From NCBI GenBank assembly GCA_964472785.1, contig CAYYMH010000004.1, forward strand, positions 389-64,388: DNA of 64,000 nt. Reading direction: 5' to 3'. Positions within the stretch are counted from its first letter, which is position 1. Each line of letters starts with the position of its first letter. A program made the translations under genes and the position numbers. Positions 59,836 to 64,000 of the stretch are shown here, one piece after another. A model generated the notes under the pieces. It was not told where the DNA came from. It saw only the letters and a list, made by a program, of their open reading frames with translations, and ran no database searches. Source of the stretch: an uncultured Cytophagia bacterium (GTDB lineage Bacteria; Zhuqueibacterota; Zhuqueibacteria; Thermofontimicrobiales; Thermofontimicrobiaceae).

Positions 59836-61338
59836 TTAAACACTCAAATCCATATTCTCATAAATCGGCGCGGTGTTGAACACCGTACCCGGATTGAGTA
59901 AGTCCTGCGGATCAAATAATTCTTTGATCATTTTCATGTATTTAAAAGCCGGACCCAATTCTTGCTCAAAATAAACAGAACGTGAACGCCCGGCGTTGTG
60001 TTCGCCAACCAATGTACCATGATATTTTCTCAAAATTTCAAACGTATTTTGAGAAACATCCACAATTTTCTTATGAATATCACCACGGTTCGGATCAAAG
60101 TATGGTCTGGCATGAATACTGCCAAATCCCAAATGACCGAAAAAAGAAATTTTCTGACTGCGGCTATCCATCAGTTGCTGGATTTCTCTTCGCACCGCTG
60201 CAAAATCTTTCAGATGAATGGCAATGTCGTCAATAATTGAAGGCAAGATTAATTTATGTTCCCGGGCAAATTTCCATAACGATGGCAGGATTTTTTTGCG
60301 GTCATCCCATAGTGTCATTTCCTCTTCGCTTCCGGATGGGATATCCCACAGATTGGAAATATCATATTTCTCTAAAATGTACTTGCCCTGATTCGCCTGA
60401 TCCTTTGAATTATCAAATTCAACAATGAGCGTACCGATAACATCAGGATCAGACATGTTCAAAATTTTACCATTCACGTATTCGGAACACGACGCATCTG
60501 AAAATTCCAACGCTGCCGGATTCAGTGCTTTCAATCGATTGGCAGCATCTGCGAATTCATCAAAATCTCTGAAATGGGCGACAAAGGTGCCCAGCGAAGG
60601 TTTGTGCTGCATCAATTTCAGGCGAACTTCAGTGACAATGCCAAGTGTGCCGACACTGCCCACCAGCAGATGAGCTGTCAATTCATTAATATTCGTGTAT
60701 TTTTCAAATGCTTTTAAATTGTATCCGCCGGCGATATAAGGTCTGTTATTGACAATTTCGCGGGATTGGTTGTCACTCAAATACTGCTGTTGAATAAGTT
60801 TTAATCCCTGTTCCAAATAACCGGGTAGCGATTCTCTGGTGTCAATAACTTCTGCCTGTGATGTGACAAACTTCAATGAGGTAACAAATTCATCAATTGT
60901 CCCATAACGTGCTGTGCGGGGACCTGTCGAGCGCGTTCCCACATTGCCACCCAACGCGCACAGCGCGCTGCTCGAAGGAACCGACGGCAGCATTAGATTC
61001 AGTTGATGCATCTGCTTCAAAAAATGGTCGAGAACCGTTCCGGACTGAACAACCGTTTCTTCACCGACCGATAAAACCTGATTAAAATATTTTTTAAAAT
61101 TTAAAATAATACCGTCCCCGATTCCAGCGCCGCTCAATCCGCTTCCGCCACTTCGTGCCGTGATACTCAGGTTTTGGTTACGAGCGAAATGAATCGTTTT
61201 TGCGACGTCGTCTTCGGTTTTGGGTTCAATAACATACTTCGGAATGATTCTGTAAGAACTGGAGTCTTGACTGAATCGTTTCAGTGTGACAGAATCTCGA
61301 TGCAATTCTCCCGAAATATTCAATTCCGAATCAATCAT
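59836..61338 (-). CDS. FAD-linked oxidase (GlcD / D-2-hydroxyacid dehydrogenase family)
   Basis: RSGGSGLSG, LGG, GSVGTLGIVT, GHLG..H, GEHNAG, FDPQDLLNPG. Confidence 0.85.
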   Translation of the reverse strand: MIDSELNISGELHRDSVTLKRFSQDSSSYRIIPKYVIEPKTEDDVAKTIHFARNQNLSITARSGGSGLSGAGIGDGIILNFKKYFNQVLSVGEETVVQSGTVLDHFLKQMHQLNLMLPSVPSSSALCALGGNVGTRSTGPRTARYGTIDEFVTSLKFVTSQAEVIDTRESLPGYLEQGLKLIQQQYLSDNQSREIVNNRPYIAGGYNLKAFEKYTNINELTAHLLVGSVGTLGIVTEVRLKLMQHKPSLGTFVAHFRDFDEFADAANRLKALNPAALEFSDASCSEYVNGKILNMSDPDVIGTLIVEFDNSKDQANQGKYILEKYDISNLWDIPSGSEEEMTLWDDRKKILPSLWKFAREHKLILPSIIDDIAIHLKDFAAVRREIQQLMDSRSQKISFFGHLGFGSIHARPYFDPNRGDIHKKIVDVSQNTFEILRKYHGTLVGEHNAGRSRSVYFEQELGPAFKYMKMIKELFDPQDLLNPGTVFNTAPIYENMDLSV

Positions 61339-61339
61339 A

Positions 61340-61678
61340 TTATAGACCTAATGTCTTTTCCGGCGGACGCCTTTCCGGTACCTGAACATGAGGGATTTTA
61401 TTATCAATCCAATCCTGTGAAACGTAAAGCCAGCAGTAACATGCGCCGTATTCCTCAATGTCCGGTTTTGCATAAACACACGGACAGACAATATCCTTGT
61501 CCTTTTCTTTATCGCCTGTCGCAGCCCGGCAGGGACACGTTCTCAATCCATAGCGCTCACCATTTTTCAATAAACCTTCTAATAATGGTTTGACGGTTTC
61601 CCAATCCGGGTTCAAAATCAATCCTTGCTTTGGTGCGTACTTTTTCAATGTTTCATAATATTTTTCTACTGACATCAT
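61340..61678 (-). CDS. Ferredoxin-thioredoxin reductase catalytic subunit-like protein
   Basis: CPCR, CPC, CYC motifs. Confidence 0.88.
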   Translation of the reverse strand: MMSVEKYYETLKKYAPKQGLILNPDWETVKPLLEGLLKNGERYGLRTCPCRAATGDKEKDKDIVCPCVYAKPDIEEYGACYCWLYVSQDWIDNKIPHVQVPERRPPEKTLGL

Positions 61679-61956
61679 AAATTCAACACCTCCTTGACAC
61701 CATCATAATCTTCACCAATCACTGCTAAATCGCCCACGATCAATGTCGGGAAAGACAAACTCGGATTGCTGGGCTGCATAAACTTGAGATGCTTTTTTTT
61801 CTCTTCCATCGATAACAAATCAATGTCAACAACCTTGGCTTCCACATTGTTCATTTCCAGGAACCTTTTCATGCGAGCACAACGCGGACAGGTGCTGATT
61901 GCAAACAAAATTGGAACTTTATTATTCAATTCATTTTCGTACATATTCAACTCCAC
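61675..61956 (-). CDS. Glutaredoxin-like protein
   Basis: CPRC, SFPT cis-Pro; overlaps the FTR start. Confidence 0.85.
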   Translation of the reverse strand: MELNMYENELNNKVPILFAISTCPRCARMKRFLEMNNVEAKVVDIDLLSMEEKKKHLKFMQPSNPSLSFPTLIVGDLAVIGEDYDGVKEVLNL

Positions 61957-61998
61957 ATTTTTTCACAACTTTTCAATTTATGTTTCTACAACATTCAA

Positions 61999-62454
61999 TT
62001 ACAAAACACTTAACACGTCTTCGCCGTGTATTGCCGTATTTACTTTATCAAATACTTGTTTGATAATACCATCTTTTCCGATCACAAAGGTCGAACGTTT
62101 GATACCCATATATGTTTTCCCGTACATCTTCTTTTCACCCCAGGCACCGTACTTTTCCGCCACTTCATGTTCCGGATCTGACAGTAAGGTAAAATTCAAA
62201 TTGTTTTTATTAATAAAATTTTGATGCGATTTCACGCTATCCGGACTCACGCCCAAAATAACCGCATTTTTGGCTTCGATCTTTTCCGAATTGTCTCTGA
62301 AAGAGCATGCCTCTTTGGTACATCCCGGCGTATTATCTTTTGGATAAAAATAAAGGATCACATCTTTTTCTCCCAAAAAATTGGATAATGATACGTCCTC
62401 TCCTTGATCCGATTGCAATTTAAAATCCGGTGCTTTATCTCCAACTTTTAACAT
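61999..62454 (-). CDS. bcp: BCP/PrxQ peroxiredoxin
   Basis: YFYPKDNTPGCTKEAC; start set at ATG 62454. Confidence 0.93.
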   Translation of the reverse strand: MLKVGDKAPDFKLQSDQGEDVSLSNFLGEKDVILYFYPKDNTPGCTKEACSFRDNSEKIEAKNAVILGVSPDSVKSHQNFINKNNLNFTLLSDPEHEVAEKYGAWGEKKMYGKTYMGIKRSTFVIGKDGIIKQVFDKVNTAIHGEDVLSVL

Positions 62455-62480
62455 TATTTTTTCTCCTGATATAAACGACC

Positions 62481-62541
62481 AAAAAAATTGGTGAGTGGCT
62501 CTTGAATGGTATTCAAAATTATCCAATAAAACCACTCACCA
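62481..62541 (-). terminator. Hairpin/terminator between rubredoxin and bcp
   Basis: TGGTGAGTGG...CCACTCACCA followed by a U tract on the minus strand; large loop. Confidence 0.45.
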
Positions 62542-62599
62542 TCACTTTGACCAACTTCATCCGATTCAATATAACAACCCGTAATAACCCAGTGTACAA

Positions 62600-62761
62600 T
62601 TATTCTTGTACTGAAAATTCGCTTTTATCTGCTCCGCAAACCGGACACACCCAGTCTTCCGGAATATCTTCGAATGCGGTTCCGGCTTCTACTCCACTAT
62701 CCGGATCACCTTCTGCCGGATCATAAACGTAACCACAAACATCACAAATGTACTTTTTCAT
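62600..62761 (-). CDS. Rubredoxin
   Basis: [10 protein letters not shown]...WVCPVCG; AGGAG RBS. Confidence 0.95.
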   Translation of the reverse strand: MKKYICDVCGYVYDPAEGDPDSGVEAGTAFEDIPEDWVCPVCGADKSEFSVQE

Positions 62762-62879
62762 GCGCTTTCTCCTTCTTAAATAAAGTGAATAATTTGATTT
62801 TTTTTTAAATACGTTTGTAGCTGTCATTATTCAAAAATGAACGTAATATCATTGGTATATTAAACAAAGCTAACTAAAA

Positions 62880-63320
62880 TTAAGCAGGGTATTTTCCAGC
62901 GACGTATTCCTTCAAATATTTATTTTCCACATGAAGGTCTGCCAAATGCGCTTTGACAATATCCCCGATAGAAATAATCCCACAAATGTTGTGATCTTTC
63001 ACGATGGGCAAATGACGGATACGATTTTTTGTCATTAACTTCTGTACATCTTCCAGACTATCTTCAGGGGCACCAACGATGATATCTCTTGTCATAATAT
63101 CTTTTACTTTACTCTGCTTGATACCTTCGCACTTGCTTAATGTCTCCATAAGTACATCCCGGGCACCTATAATGCCCACAGGATCTTCATTATCGTTCAA
63201 GACTAAGAGTGATCCCACTTTATTTGCAGCAAAAACTTGCATCGCCTCCCAAACTGTTTTTTCTTCATGTACACTAACCACATTAGAGCCCTTTTCAGAG
63301 AGAATGTCTTTAACTTTCAT
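62880..63320 (-). CDS. CBS-pair protein
   Basis: Tandem CBS domains, RIRHLP, ISIGD. Confidence 0.9.
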   Translation of the reverse strand: MKVKDILSEKGSNVVSVHEEKTVWEAMQVFAANKVGSLLVLNDNEDPVGIIGARDVLMETLSKCEGIKQSKVKDIMTRDIIVGAPEDSLEDVQKLMTKNRIRHLPIVKDHNICGIISIGDIVKAHLADLHVENKYLKEYVAGKYPA

Positions 63321-63459
63321 TTCGCTTGCTCCTTTTTGAGATTCTAATTTTCAATGAATTAATAATTATCACCATTGGCTGTTGTTTTAATAATTTTAGT
63401 TATTTTAGATGAGAATCAATCCGAAATTATGCATAAAATTTTAGAATTTCTTTCCATTT

Positions 63460-63963
63460 TTACATCATCGGCCAAAATTGATTATCATACCAAACGCTTT
63501 CTTTTAACTCCTTATCCAAATCGCTCAAAAACTGCAAATGTGTCTTTTCCCAGTTCGCCAACCAATTGTACAACTCCTTTGCTTCTGTATTTTCAGCCAA
63601 ATCCGCCTGTTCTGAATAAAATGTCACAGCGCGTTCTTCCATTGCCATGGCAGCAGAAATCGCAGCCGCTTCATAGCTGGCAGCGTGAATCTGTTTTTTA
63701 ATCGCACCAGTGAGCACCGCATCTGCAACCTGTGCTGGCGTATCAGGCAACTCCATCGCTTCAGGTTTCCCGCCGCTTAATACATTTTTAAATTGCTCCG
63801 TGAGAATGCTGATATGTTTATCTTCCTCTTCAGCCATTGTTTGAAAAATATCTTTCACCGCATCGCTTTGGGTCTGTTTCACAATATTCTGATAAAACGC
63901 CTTTCCGCGCCGTTCTAATAAAATAGCATCTTTAATGATGTCCAGCGTCTTTTCTTGTGGCAT
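63460..63963 (-). CDS. Ferritin-like/rubrerythrin diiron-domain protein
   Basis: EEDKH, WEKTH. Confidence 0.85.
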   Translation of the reverse strand: MPQEKTLDIIKDAILLERRGKAFYQNIVKQTQSDAVKDIFQTMAEEEDKHISILTEQFKNVLSGGKPEAMELPDTPAQVADAVLTGAIKKQIHAASYEAAAISAAMAMEERAVTFYSEQADLAENTEAKELYNWLANWEKTHLQFLSDLDKELKESVWYDNQFWPMM

Positions 63964-64000
63964 ATTAACTCTCCTCGATTATAAGATAATTATAAAATTT

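Noticed and set aside
1134-63701. Numerous short or antisense ORFs overlapping long genes (e.g. 2058-2672, 7672-8361, 33043-33624, 51980-52504)
   Set aside because: Shadow frames of well-supported genes, with no recognisable motifs.
63340-64000. PerR/Fur boxes (TGATAATTATT near 63365; ATAATTATAA near 63990)
   Set aside because: Only half-site matches in very AT-rich DNA; plausible but not supportable without comparative data.

Overview
AT-rich bacterial chromosomal window, apparently from an anaerobe (KSB1/Calditrichota/deltaproteobacterial flavour; taxonomy is inference). Almost all genes are on the minus strand. In order: (1) a HypD-type glycyl-radical enzyme with its activase, and ugd; (2) a ~23.5 kb signalling island of 13 genes (PAS/GAF kinases, receivers, CheR and CheB without any MCP, CheA or CheW, and no DNA-binding output), part of it behind a canonical sigma54 promoter; (3) a lexA - four-helix-bundle - catalytically dead DinB/ImuB - dnaE2 mutagenesis cassette, in which the four-helix-bundle gene is embedded in an array of 86-bp heptad-periodic hairpin repeats; (4) hicB-hicA; (5) a housekeeping block: tRNA(CAT), tilS-hpt fusion, ftsH, TPR protein, folP, cdaA; (6) csp, a Tat-exported DUF362-like protein, a DUF6599-like protein and TauE; (7) a ~16 kb redox/oxygen-defence island with FprA, four diiron ferritin-like proteins, a cytochrome b5 membrane protein, a MenA-like enzyme, MsrBA, OFOR alpha/beta, two flavoproteins, a minimal HPPD-like VOC enzyme, an FAD-linked oxidase, FTR, glutaredoxin, BCP, rubredoxin and a CBS protein. 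The best candidates for undescribed biology are the repeat-embedded four-helix-bundle unit in the SOS cassette, the HPPD-like/FAD-oxidase/OFOR module in the oxygen-defence island, and a family of 8-9-mer periodic intergenic repeats. All family calls come from motif recognition by eye; no searches were run.
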